In this document: in pieces, positions 1 to 8,976 of the stretch
How positions within the stretch are numbered: the stretch's first letter is position 1
Layout: each line of letters opens with the position of its first letter
NCBI GenBank assembly: GCA_964014525.1
Contig: CAXHAW010000001.1
Location: forward strand, 1 to 30,386
Direction of reading: 5' to 3'
DNA: 30,386 bases
Source of the DNA: an uncultured bacterium
GTDB lineage: Bacteria > Bacteroidota > Bacteroidia > Flavobacteriales_D > Sanyastnellaceae
Position numbers and translations under genes: made by a program
The notes under the pieces: generated by a model
The model's input: only the letters and a program-made list of their open reading frames with translations
The model's database searches: none
Told to the model about the DNA's origin: nothing

Positions 1-2922
1 ACCTTCCAAAGAAGCCCCGAACCACGAGTTCATGTCTTCTTGGACAGCGCCTGAAATCACCCCGCCAGCCATGTCGTCCAAAGAGGCGCAATCCGCACCG
101 CTGTAAAGAGCGTAACCAACAGCACCGTCGCCGGTAGCATCTACAGTAATGTTGTAGAGGTTGAAGTCTGCCGTAGTCTCAATTTCATACCAAACACCGT
201 AAGTCGTAGCGAACGTGCTCAGTGAACCAAGACCAAAGTCCTCGTCTGGGCCGCTACAGCAGAGGCTACCGTCGTATGAACCGCCATTTACCAGTGGCAA
301 GGCCAATGTGCAGAGGTCATCATTGTTCGGGAAGCCTGCAGGGCAATCAGCGCAAGCGGCTTCGAGGACAATTCCAGTCTGGGTTGTAAAACTGGAGTAC
401 GTGCCTACACGAATGAAGTAGTTGTTACCCTGCTCCGCGTTGATGCTCAAAAGAGAGTTAAACGTACCAGTTGTGCCCGATCCACAACCAGCAACTCCTG
501 AGTCGTCATTGGTAGCAATCGCGGTCAACGAGCCGTCACTGTTTTCAACAAAGACAATAAGGTCAGTGTCAGTAACACCGTTATCAATGTCTGCGGACTG
601 ACACGTGTTAAAGGTCACTTGATAGTCAACAGGGCTGTTGAACTCATACCAAATGGCTCCGTTGTCTGAGATTGAATTGCCGAGAACCGTCGTCAAGTTG
701 TACTCATCTCCGTTTGAATTCTCAAGGGAACCAGTCAAGCTCATACCACAAGCAATGGCCTGGGCTGTCGACGGGTTGTCATTGGCTGGTGGGTACTCGC
801 AACTACCATCGTCTACAGATGCAGAGATGTTGTAGTTGTTTGCAGTTGGATCCACACATCCTGGGAATGCGCAATCGTTTCCAGCATCTGGACCACCAAA
901 GGAAACCGGGAAGCCATCCGCTTGCCCGTAGGTCAAAGCAGCATACTCATTGCCTAAGTTGTCCGCGATGGCCCAACCTTCCGTAGTGAAGATGGCACCT
1001 GTGCTGAATGTGTAGCAACCCGTTTCCAAGCAGCTCACAACATCAATTGTTGTTGGACCAGCTTCCATCGTGCCCGTGAGGACCGTATCTCCTGTCTCTT
1101 CAGAAACGAGATAGTAGTCGTTACCAGTCGACCAACCGGAACCGAAATCGTCTTGAAGTGTCAGGTAGAAACCGAGAGATCCATTGTCACAAACGACACA
1201 TGACCCATCGTCGATGGTAGCGTCCTCGTTGTAGTTAATGGCTGCGGTCAGCGTGCAACCACTCACGCAGTTGTCAGCACTGGATCCAAATCCGATGTCG
1301 TAAACGCCAAGACCACCTGTGTGAATAACGTTACCACCGAAGTCAAGAATTTCCCAGGTGGGAAGACCAGCAGGTGATCCACCACCGCCAGAGAACTGAA
1401 GGCACTCATCGTTCGCGATGCAGAATTCCCAGTATCCGTCAACCGGGCTGGTCTCATAGTCTGGTGCGTATAAGGCATCCACGTAACCTGCGTTCAACAG
1501 GGTGTCGCCAGCAGCAGCGTAGATGTACGCAGCGTTGTTACCCCAATAGAGGAAAATGTCATGATTCAAGTGCAGGATGTAGCTGGTAGAGTCAGCGTTG
1601 CCATTGCAGCTTGGCACAAAGCAAGACCCATCGTCTGCACTCGCGTCAGCATCATAGTTGAATGCGAGGCTGTCGGTACATCCACAAGCAACACCAGGAC
1701 CAGCAACACCGAACACGCCGAAGCCATCGCCATTGGTCTGGTTGTAGAGAATCTCACCCGTCGTGTAGTCGATGATCTGCCACTCCTTCTCGCCGGGGAA
1801 TGAACCGCCCGAAAGCTCGAGTGTGTAGCAATCCGTGGTAGAAAGACAAAAGAAGTCATATCCTTCACTACCCGAAGTCACTTCGAACTGAGCTGCATCG
1901 AGGCTACCGGATGCAACCACATTACCAGCACCGTCAGAAAGGCTATAGGTCGTGCCGTCCCATCCGTCACCAAATGTGTCGTACATCAAGAACTGAACGA
2001 GGGTTTCTCCATCAGGACAGCTTGGGAAGACGCAGCTTCCATCATCTACCGTTGCGTTGCCATCGAAATTGAGCGCAGTGTTGTCGGTACACCCACATGT
2101 CTCCGCAACATCTCCATAATAGAAGTTCACAGTGCCGCCGTCCTCGTCCTGAGCGATGACGTCACCTGTGTAAACGTTGACCATGCTCCAAGAAATTTCT
2201 CCGAGGAAACTTCCTCCACCCGAGATGACTTCATAGCAAGTGTTGTTTGGGATACAGAGGGTGTCCACACCCACTGCCAACCCTCCGGCGGATCCTCCGT
2301 TTGCAGTGTATCCAGCATCATCCAATGAGCCTGATGCGAAAAGGGCACCTCCAACGTAAATCTCGTAGGTGTTTCCATTCCAGCCGTCACCCCAAGTGTC
2401 TCCCATGTTCAAGAGAACCATTGTCTCTGAAGCACTAGGACATTGATCGTAAAAACATGAACCGTCGTCAAGGGTCGCTGCCTCCTCATAATTAAGAGCA
2501 GTAACGTCTGTGCATCCAGGTGTTTCAGAGATCAACGAGAATGCCCAAGTTGCAGTTTGATAACCGCCACCACCTTGTACAGTACCACTGCACGTTCCGG
2601 AGCAATTCAATGGAGATGGATCTAGACTGAAGCTAGAACCACCGTCTCCAAAAGTATCGTCCATTGTCACGGTGTAGTCACCAGCGCCAAAAGTCGCAAT
2701 ACTGAAGTCAGAAGTGGTATTTGCACCACCTGGCCACAACACTGTCGGATCAGAGACATTAAATACAGTATCACCATTGAAGGTGACAATGCATGTAGAA
2801 AGTTCGCCTGGCCAGCTGTCGGCCGCGAAAGTGATAGTCTGCGCCTGTACGGATACGGACGCAAAGAGGGCCAAAGCAAACGTTGCCAAGGCACCTCGGA
2901 GAATGGTAGTTCTCAAGGTCAT
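1..2922 (-). CDS. Large secreted acidic Cys-rich repeat protein, paralog of 3160..7611; C-terminus runs off the left edge (at least 974 aa)
   Basis: Not in the ORF track because its stop codon lies outside the window. Manual translation from the ATG at 2922 gives MTLRTTILRGALATFALALFASVSVQAQ (Sec signal peptide), and I met no stop codon down to base 1. It has five GCTD-type linkers, DTWGDGWNG / DTFGDGWDG / DDFGSGWSTG motifs, and PPANDN...GAIWYEF and PNNDDLC...YGVWYEI domains that parallel the neighbouring protein. Confidence 0.9.
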   Translation of the reverse strand, partial: MTLRTTILRGALATFALALFASVSVQAQTITFAADSWPGELSTCIVTFNGDTVFNVSDPTVLWPGGANTTSDFSIATFGAGDYTVTMDDTFGDGGSSFSLDPSPLNCSGTCSGTVQGGGGYQTATWAFSLISETPGCTDVTALNYEEAATLDDGSCFYDQCPSASETMVLLNMGDTWGDGWNGNTYEIYVGGALFASGSLDDAGYTANGGSAGGLAVGVDTLCIPNNTCYEVISGGGSFLGEISWSMVNVYTGDVIAQDEDGGTVNFYYGDVAETCGCTDNTALNFDGNATVDDGSCVFPSCPDGETLVQFLMYDTFGDGWDGTTYSLSDGAGNVVASGSLDAAQFEVTSGSEGYDFFCLSTTDCYTLELSGGSFPGEKEWQIIDYTTGEILYNQTNGDGFGVFGVAGPGVACGCTDSLAFNYDADASADDGSCFVPSCNGNADSTSYILHLNHDIFLYWGNNAAYIYAAAGDTLLNAGYVDALYAPDYETSPVDGYWEFCIANDECLQFSGGGGSPAGLPTWEILDFGGNVIHTGGLGVYDIGFGSSADNCVSGCTLTAAINYNEDATIDDGSCVVCDNGSLGFYLTLQDDFGSGWSTGNDYYLVSEETGDTVLTGTMEAGPTTIDVVSCLETGCYTFSTGAIFTTEGWAIADNLGNEYAALTYGQADGFPVSFGGPDAGNDCAFPGCVDPTANNYNISASVDDGSCEYPPANDNPSTAQAIACGMSLTGSLENSNGDEYNLTTVLGNSISDNGAIWYEFNSPVDYQVTFNTCQSADIDNGVTDTDLIVFVENSDGSLTAIATNDDSGVAGCGSGTTGTFNSLLSINAEQGNNYFIRVGTYSSFTTQTGIVLEAACADCPAGFPNNDDLCTLALPLVNGGSYDGSLCCSGPDEDFGLGSLSTFATTYGVWYEIETTADFNLYNITVDATGDGAVGYALYSGADCASLDDMAGGVISGAVQEDMNSWFGASLEG
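799..2517 (-). repeat. Five 21-aa GC[TV]D..A.N[YF]...A..DDGSC linker repeats with a period of about 140 aa
   Basis: Copies at 2455-2517, 2032-2094, 1621-1683, 1198-1260 and 799-861. Spacings are 423, 411, 423 and 399 nt. Confidence 0.9.
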
Positions 2923-3063
2923 GATTAAGGTTTTTTCCAATTGCCGGAGCAATATAGCAGAAACAGCACCGAATGAAGAAGACTTCTACGTCCAAAATGC
3001 AACCTGCCCCTCAGCATACTTAGCACCACCTCCCGTAGATGGCTGATAATCATCGGTTGGGGC

Positions 3064-3095
3064 AAAAAAAGCCCCGGGTTTCACTTCCCGAGGCT
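3064..3095 (-). terminator. Rho-independent terminator of the 1483-aa gene
   Basis: Minus strand reads GCCTCGGG-AAGTGAAA-CCCGGGGC followed by T7. This is an 8-bp stem with one G-U pair, about 65 nt after the stop at 3160. Confidence 0.85.
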
Positions 3096-3159
3096 GTTCC
3101 ACCACTTATACATGCGGTCAAAAAACTTTGTGCGCGTCATCAAGACGCTCACCTTGAGC

Positions 3160-6100
3160 TTATTCAGTGCAGGGGTCTCCAAAGCTGATCAGGAACTCAA
3201 GCAAGTCGGCTGTCGTGGTCGCTCCATCCTGGTTCAAGTCTGTGGGACAGGGGCTCTGAAGAATGAACTCACAAGAGCCATCATCCTGAACCGCAGCCAG
3301 ATCGTAGTTCTCCGCAATGTCATACATGCATCCTCCACACCCATCAAAAATGCAATCCTCCAAAATCGTGATGTTGGCTGTAGGGTCGTAGTTACAGGCC
3401 ACTGAAACCGTACACCCTGAGACGCAATCCGTCTCCCCCACCTCAAAATAAACGGCGGCACTCGGCGCCCCGCCAGAGGTAATTCCGCTCGACGCCCCCA
3501 ACAGCGTCCATCCTACCTCCACCGGTATCACACCAGACGACACCTCTAGGTAGTAGCATCCATCATCAAGACAGAATTCATCCGTACTGCTGGTGCCCTC
3601 AGCCGTCACAGTAAAGCCAATGCTGGGCAACCCTCCCTGTGCCAAAAGAAGACCATCCACGGAATAAAGGCTGTATTGAGCACCATTCCATCCGTCGCCA
3701 AAATCGTCGGTCATTTGCAACCGAACACATTGATTGTAGCAACAAGAGCCGTCCTCAATGGTCGCATCGTTGTCATAGTTGCAGGCTTCCGAATCCGTGC
3801 ATCCCGAGCAGGTCTCGTAGTCACAAGAACCATTGTCGGAGGTCGCAGCAGGGTTGTAATTACAGGCTGTGGAGTCTACACACCCGCAAACCACACCCCC
3901 GAGGGAGAAGTTCACCATGCCGATGGTCCCACTGGCGATGTCGCCATCCGTCCCCGAGAGCGTCCAACTGATTTCCTCATCGAAATCACCCCCTCCCACC
4001 GTGAGGCTGTAGCAACCTTCGACAAGACAGAACGAATCGAAACCTTCATCTCCACCCAAGAAATTGTCCACGTCCAAAATGTAAAGGGCACTGTCTAGGT
4101 TGCCCGTTAGAAGCGTGTCGCCCACAGCATCCGTCAACACGTAATCGGCGCCATTCCAACCATCACCGAAACTATCGTACATGGTAAAAATTAAGGGTAT
4201 ACCCTCTTCGAAACCATCCGGACAGATGCAGCTCAAAAAGTCGCAAGACCCATCCTCAATGTTGGCCGCTGCATCGTAGTTGCATGCGACCGAATTCGTA
4301 CAGCCTTCTATGGCAGGAGCGCACTCCAGCATCAACTCAATCGTACCGTTGTCGTCGGTCACAGGATTGCCGTCCGCATCCTCAGCAGACACATACGCAT
4401 AATAATGTCGTCCTGGTTCAGAGATGAACTGCACCCAAGCATCGTCCTGATCGAAAAAACCACAATTGATGAAGTCACTCTCCTCAGAAGCATAAATTCC
4501 ATCCTCCACTGTGAGCACGCAATCAAACAGAGCAGGAATGCCTCCGGCACAGATTGCATCGCTCACGAACAGGTTCAGTTTGGAATCGATATTGGAACCA
4601 CACAGACTCAAGGTGTGGAGGTCCCCGGTCCCTTCAAAGGTGAACCAGACACCCGGACCCGGAACCGGATCGCAGCCGTTGATCAGGTTGGGCGCACCGA
4701 GGTTGGTCGCACCACCCGTTGATCCAGTGGCAAGAACACCGCACTCCACTTCCGTGGCCGTGCCACAGGTGTTGTTCTGTGGAACCACATTCAGGTAATC
4801 GCAAGAGCCATCGTCCATGGTCGCGGTGGCGTCGTAATTCGGGGCCACAGGGTCCATGCATCCTAGGTAGACACCCGTGGTCACGAATTGGTATTGCCCA
4901 CAATCCTCCGGATCTGTGGTAAACACATAAAAGAGGTAATTCGTGTTGGCCTGAAGAACGGTAAACTGACTGATCTCGCCCGCGCACTGTTCCGAGACAA
5001 GGCACCCCACTTGGGCTTCCAAATCACCACATGTGCCCACATCGAAAATGGCCAGACCAATGTTGGCCGCACTGAGGTTCAAGAGATCAAAGAAAAAGGT
5101 CTCATAATCACCACTGTTGAACTGGAACCAGACACCGTAACTGGTCTGGAACCCTGCGAGAAAACTCACATTTACATTGTCCGGACTTGTGCAGCAGACA
5201 GACCCAATGTGGGGCACACCGTTCTGCAACTCCAATGCGTCAGCACAATCATCGTTGATTGGCGCACCACTGGTGCAGTCCACGCATTCAACGGACAAAA
5301 GGAATTCGTCACCACTTGTGTACTGACTGAAGCGGGTAACGTGGATGTAGTAGTTCTCGCCCTGTTCCACATTGAATGCCACCTCGCTCATGAAGCCTTC
5401 TGAGCAACCGTCATCGTTGCCTCCGAGGCACTGGAGGTTGTCCAAGTCCCCATCCACAGCCTCGAACACAAACACCTGCGAATCAAAGAGTGGATTGCCC
5501 GCTGGGTTGAATGCGTCCGTGCCACATGTACTGACCACCATCTGTTGGTCTGCTTGAGCATTGAAGACATACCAGACACCCGCAGCATTGATGTCCTGAC
5601 CGGAACAGGTCGTGCCCACAATCCCTTCGCCATCCACCGCATAGGTCAAGGTGCCCGAAATCTGGTCGCCGCACTGCACCGCTTGCGCGCTGTATGCGTA
5701 GTTGTTTGCTGGCGGACACTCACAGCTGCCATCGTCGTCCGTGGCGCTGGGATTGTAGTTCAGACAAAACGGATCAGTGCAACCGAGGAAACTACAAGAC
5801 CCCGTCTCACCGATGTCCATGCCATAGGTGCTGACTTCGTCTGAGCCTGTGCCGTAAAAATTACCGGCCACATCCTCCAAGTACCATCCGATGTCATCGG
5901 AATCATCACCAGGGGTGATGTCGAAGAGATAGCACCCAGGGGAAAGGCAAACAAGATCGGTACCCGAAGTAAGGTTGTCACCAAGGTCAGCCTGGTCGAG
6001 GGTTCCCGTGGCGGCAATGTCCCCATCCAACTCGGAGATATAATAGACCGCACCATTCCATCCATCACCAAACGCATCGGTCATGCGCACCTCCAAAATC

Positions 6101-7611
6101 AACTCGCCAGCATCGCAGTAGATGCAAGTTCCATCGTCAATGGAGGCAGTGGGGGTGAAGTTGGTCGCATTGAAGTCCGTGCAGCCATAACAGGAGAAAT
6201 TACAGAACCCACTGTCAAACACAGCGTTGGAACTGAAATTACAGGCTGTTGGGTCCGTACATCCAACGGGACAACCCACGTCACCGAGGGTGATTCGGTC
6301 GGCGCCACTGATTTGCTGATCACCGAACTCAGCCTCATCGAGAGACCCGGTGTAGACCACTGTGCCATCGTATGAAGAGAACGCATAGCTGCCGTTGTTC
6401 CAACCGTCCTGAAAGCTGTCAAACATTTCGAAGTTGTAACACCCCTCCGGAAGGCACACGGCGTGTGTCCCCGCTCCACCGAAGTCCACAACCGTGTTGG
6501 TCTCCATGTTGCGGATGTTCCAACTGATCTCTCCGTCCCAGCTTCCCCCGCCAACTTCGAGAAAGAAGAAGTACTCCTCATAACAGCAGGTGCCATCGTC
6601 ATAAATGGCCCCTGCATCAAAGTTCACGGCACCGGACTCCGTACAACCATAGCAGTCGTAGTCACAATCCCCATTGGAAATGGTAGCGGATTGGTCATAA
6701 TTACACGCCGTCGGGTCCGTACACCCCTGACAGCTGATGTATTCACAACTGCCGTCATTAAAGTTGGCAGTAGGGTCGTAGTTACACGCACCCTCAATGG
6801 CACAACCTTCATTCAAGCATGCAGGGTCACCCACAAAGAAAAACTCCTCGATGGTGCCCCCTGGCTCACCTGGCCCTCCCTCAAGAATGACCTGGCCATC
6901 ACGAATGATTTCCCATGACGCTTCAACCGCGAGGTTGTCAAAATTCAACTGCAGTACATAGCAATCCTCAACCAAGCAGAGGTCAAGGTCAACCGAAGCC
7001 CCATCCGAAAACTCCACACTGCCCAATTCCATACCGGATAGATTGCCCACCGACGCAGATCCAATGTTGCCTTGGGCATCAACCCACCCATTGGAAAAGG
7101 CATCATACAGCCGAACCGTCACACAAGAGTTGTAACAGCAGGAACCGTCATTGAATCCCGCCTCGGGGTCAAAATTGCAGGCAGAATCATCCATACAGCC
7201 AGGGATGCCATCCAATTCAGTCAAAGAGAAATTGAACGCCGCAGCAGGCCCCACCGTCAGCTCGCCCGAGCAAGTGCCTCCGCAGACAAAGGGCAAATTG
7301 GTGGTGTTGACCTCGAAACTGATGCCTCCGTCCGCACCGGCATCCAACAAGATGACCGTGTAGGTGTCTTCACCGTATTCCGTCAGATCAATGATGTAAC
7401 TCTGATTGAACCCATTGGTACTCCAAAGGCCGCCCTCACTGATGTTGATGATCTGGCCCTGCGTCAAACTGGTCACAGCCACCCCATACTGAGTGGCATA
7501 GAAGTCAGGGTACAGGGTGATGGACTGAGATTGTGCCTGGAGAGCAACAACAACGGAGACAAGCAAAATCCCCAAAGTGCGGAGGGGACTACAGGGTAAG
7601 CGGAGCTTCAT
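3160..7611 (-). CDS. 1483-aa secreted acidic Cys-rich multidomain protein with GCTD linkers, D.FGDGWNG domains and a C-terminal dockerin-like motif
   Basis: N-terminal signal peptide (MKLRLPCSPLRTLGILLVSVVVALQAQSQ), 13 GCTD-type repeats, repeated M[FTY]D[SAD]F[GQ]DGWN[GN] motifs and N[DN].C..A...[GV]VW[YF] domains. C-terminus is CPTDLNQDGATTTADLLEFLISFGDPCTE. No catalytic motif recognised. Confidence 0.92.
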   Translation of the reverse strand: MKLRLPCSPLRTLGILLVSVVVALQAQSQSITLYPDFYATQYGVAVTSLTQGQIINISEGGLWSTNGFNQSYIIDLTEYGEDTYTVILLDAGADGGISFEVNTTNLPFVCGGTCSGELTVGPAAAFNFSLTELDGIPGCMDDSACNFDPEAGFNDGSCCYNSCVTVRLYDAFSNGWVDAQGNIGSASVGNLSGMELGSVEFSDGASVDLDLCLVEDCYVLQLNFDNLAVEASWEIIRDGQVILEGGPGEPGGTIEEFFFVGDPACLNEGCAIEGACNYDPTANFNDGSCEYISCQGCTDPTACNYDQSATISNGDCDYDCYGCTESGAVNFDAGAIYDDGTCCYEEYFFFLEVGGGSWDGEISWNIRNMETNTVVDFGGAGTHAVCLPEGCYNFEMFDSFQDGWNNGSYAFSSYDGTVVYTGSLDEAEFGDQQISGADRITLGDVGCPVGCTDPTACNFSSNAVFDSGFCNFSCYGCTDFNATNFTPTASIDDGTCIYCDAGELILEVRMTDAFGDGWNGAVYYISELDGDIAATGTLDQADLGDNLTSGTDLVCLSPGCYLFDITPGDDSDDIGWYLEDVAGNFYGTGSDEVSTYGMDIGETGSCSFLGCTDPFCLNYNPSATDDDGSCECPPANNYAYSAQAVQCGDQISGTLTYAVDGEGIVGTTCSGQDINAAGVWYVFNAQADQQMVVSTCGTDAFNPAGNPLFDSQVFVFEAVDGDLDNLQCLGGNDDGCSEGFMSEVAFNVEQGENYYIHVTRFSQYTSGDEFLLSVECVDCTSGAPINDDCADALELQNGVPHIGSVCCTSPDNVNVSFLAGFQTSYGVWFQFNSGDYETFFFDLLNLSAANIGLAIFDVGTCGDLEAQVGCLVSEQCAGEISQFTVLQANTNYLFYVFTTDPEDCGQYQFVTTGVYLGCMDPVAPNYDATATMDDGSCDYLNVVPQNNTCGTATEVECGVLATGSTGGATNLGAPNLINGCDPVPGPGVWFTFEGTGDLHTLSLCGSNIDSKLNLFVSDAICAGGIPALFDCVLTVEDGIYASEESDFINCGFFDQDDAWVQFISEPGRHYYAYVSAEDADGNPVTDDNGTIELMLECAPAIEGCTNSVACNYDAAANIEDGSCDFLSCICPDGFEEGIPLIFTMYDSFGDGWNGADYVLTDAVGDTLLTGNLDSALYILDVDNFLGGDEGFDSFCLVEGCYSLTVGGGDFDEEISWTLSGTDGDIASGTIGMVNFSLGGVVCGCVDSTACNYNPAATSDNGSCDYETCSGCTDSEACNYDNDATIEDGSCCYNQCVRLQMTDDFGDGWNGAQYSLYSVDGLLLAQGGLPSIGFTVTAEGTSSTDEFCLDDGCYYLEVSSGVIPVEVGWTLLGASSGITSGGAPSAAVYFEVGETDCVSGCTVSVACNYDPTANITILEDCIFDGCGGCMYDIAENYDLAAVQDDGSCEFILQSPCPTDLNQDGATTTADLLEFLISFGDPCTE
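3271..7200 (-). repeat. Thirteen GCTD-type Cys linker repeats, single or in tandem pairs/triplets
   Basis: Examples: GCMDDSACNFDPEAGFNDGSC, GCTDPTACNYDQSATISNGDC, GCTDSEACNYDNDATIEDGSC, GCMYDIAENYDLAAVQDDGSC. Counted by eye in the provided translation. Confidence 0.88.
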
Positions 7612-7685
7612 GATTTAGCGTTTGCCAATTCGGTCGTGATCGATGTGAAGGGCATTGGTCGCCACTTTACACCATATGGTCAACC

Positions 7686-7717
7686 GAAAGATACGTCGAA
7701 AATCGCCCCACCCCAAA
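7686..7717 (-). promoter_or_regulatory. Bacteroidota -33/-7 promoter for the 1483-aa gene
   Basis: Minus strand TTTG (7717-7714), a 20-nt spacer, then TATCTTTC (7693-7686). This is one mismatch from the TTTG-N19-21-TAnnTTTG consensus. Confidence 0.6.
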
Positions 7718-7815
7718 AAAAGCAATTACTTATAAGTGAAGACTAAATTAATGATTAGGTACATCAAAGTGTAAAAATAGCATACGATTTTATTTCCGAC
7801 CCCAATGAAAGACCC

Positions 7816-8310
7816 TTAAGACCACATGTCCGAATGCCAACTTTCGTCGAATGAACTCACCAAAATCCCACGGTCCGAACGGGCCTCCCCCACCGTCTGA
7901 ACCAGAGGGTCCACAACCTCAGTTGCTCCATGAACCACACCTGCCTTTCTCAACGCCCAGAATTCTGATGTCCGCGTCGAATGCCACATGGCGTCACCCG
8001 ATTGCCTCCAAAGAACCTGATGCCGATCGAACCAATTGACTCCAGACTGCGCCCCCTGCGCACGAACGAAGCCCACCAAACTGTCGATACTACACCCCGT
8101 GGCTCCCGCCCTGTGCTCATCCAGTCCCACCGCAAGCACACGGTCATAAAACACCTCACCTGCCGCTGTAAGCGCAGCCCCATGGGCGGACCACCCGCCG
8201 AGAAATTGACCGAGGGCCTCGAGAAGCGCTTGCTGCTCATCCGCTGTCAGGTTTCGATCCGCAGTGTACACCCATAACCGGGCGTGGTCGGGCAAGTCTT
8301 GAAACGTCAT
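7816..8310 (-). CDS. Conserved Bacteroidota protein of unknown function (164 aa); homologs often labelled 'ABC transporter ATPase' but no Walker motifs here
   Basis: LPDHARLWVYTADR, GWSAHG, GCSIDS and the terminal ESWH match a small Bacteroidota family I recognise. No GxxGxGK or LSGGQ motif. Confidence 0.8.
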   Translation of the reverse strand: MTFQDLPDHARLWVYTADRNLTADEQQALLEALGQFLGGWSAHGAALTAAGEVFYDRVLAVGLDEHRAGATGCSIDSLVGFVRAQGAQSGVNWFDRHQVLWRQSGDAMWHSTRTSEFWALRKAGVVHGATEVVDPLVQTVGEARSDRGILVSSFDESWHSDMWS

Positions 8311-8314
8311 GTCG

Positions 8315-8322
8315 CAAAATTA
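8315..8322 (-). promoter_or_regulatory. Perfect -7 element TAATTTTG, 4 nt before the ATG at 8310
   Basis: Minus strand reads TAATTTTG-CGAC-ATG. The TAA is also the stop codon of the upstream gene. Confidence 0.7.
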
Positions 8323-8976
8323 ACGTCGCTCTTCCGGCTGGGCCTGCCCCGTCAAGGCGCGTTTCTGCAACCATGGAAGAAGGACCAACATGAGAGACGG
8401 CATCGGAGACTGCAAAAAGCCCAGCAACTCACGGGCCACATTGTAACCTGCCTCCTCAGCACCAGCTTGTCCATCCGCAAACCAGAAAACGGCCGTTACA
8501 AATCCGGAGCCAGCGTAAATCAAAAGGAGCACCTTCCATCGCTCGGGCACCCCAGCGGCTCTGAGGAACAGCGCGTCAAGCGCAAAAAAGCACAAGACGA
8601 TGAAGGCCATTAACCCCCATTTGGCCTGTGTCATCTCAGACCGACCCCAGCCGTGAAACACAGGATAGGTGTCCCGGGTGTAAGCATAGTTGGTGCGACA
8701 TAGAGGAGCATACCCCTCCCACCACATCTTCCGTTTCTCAATCATACAAGTGCGGTCCCATTCGCACTCTTCGTGTCCAAAGTCATAAAAGTCCGCGTAC
8801 CGGTCCCCCACAGCCATGTAGTGGTTGAGCTTCACCTTGGTGTCTTCCTGCACATACCCGAAGCCAATCATGACCACAAGCGCCAAGGCCCACCAAGGCC
8901 GTCGCATGGGCAGGAGGGGACTGGGCCTTGCCTCCAAGGCTGTGGACCCTTTGGATTTTGCCCGGCGCCCCATCAT
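8320..8976 (-). CDS. Exosortase-associated membrane protein (XrtX-associated type, about 218 aa)
   Basis: About four hydrophobic segments (WWALALVVMIGFGY; KWGLMAFIVLCFFALD; LLLIYAGSGFVTAVFW; ARELLGFLQSPMPSLMLVLLPWL), directly downstream of the exosortase. Start placed at 8976 because of an ATGA overlap with the exosortase stop; 8907 is an alternative. Confidence 0.72.
   Translation of the reverse strand: MMGRRAKSKGSTALEARPSPLLPMRRPWWALALVVMIGFGYVQEDTKVKLNHYMAVGDRYADFYDFGHEECEWDRTCMIEKRKMWWEGYAPLCRTNYAYTRDTYPVFHGWGRSEMTQAKWGLMAFIVLCFFALDALFLRAAGVPERWKVLLLIYAGSGFVTAVFWFADGQAGAEEAGYNVARELLGFLQSPMPSLMLVLLPWLQKRALTGQAQPEERR

Noticed and set aside
2949-2956. TATATTGC as the -7 promoter element of the first giant gene
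   Set aside because: Two deviations from consensus and no appropriately spaced -33 element. Plausible but unsupported.
799-7200. Regularly spaced repeats as a possible CRISPR array or DNA-level repeat
   Set aside because: Conservation is at the amino-acid level with synonymous divergence, in frame inside CDSs. There are no identical 25-45-nt repeats and no cas genes.
215-7599. Numerous plus-strand ORFs of 60-175 aa opposite the two giant genes
   Set aside because: Antisense shadows of the repetitive minus-strand CDSs, with no independent motifs or start signals.
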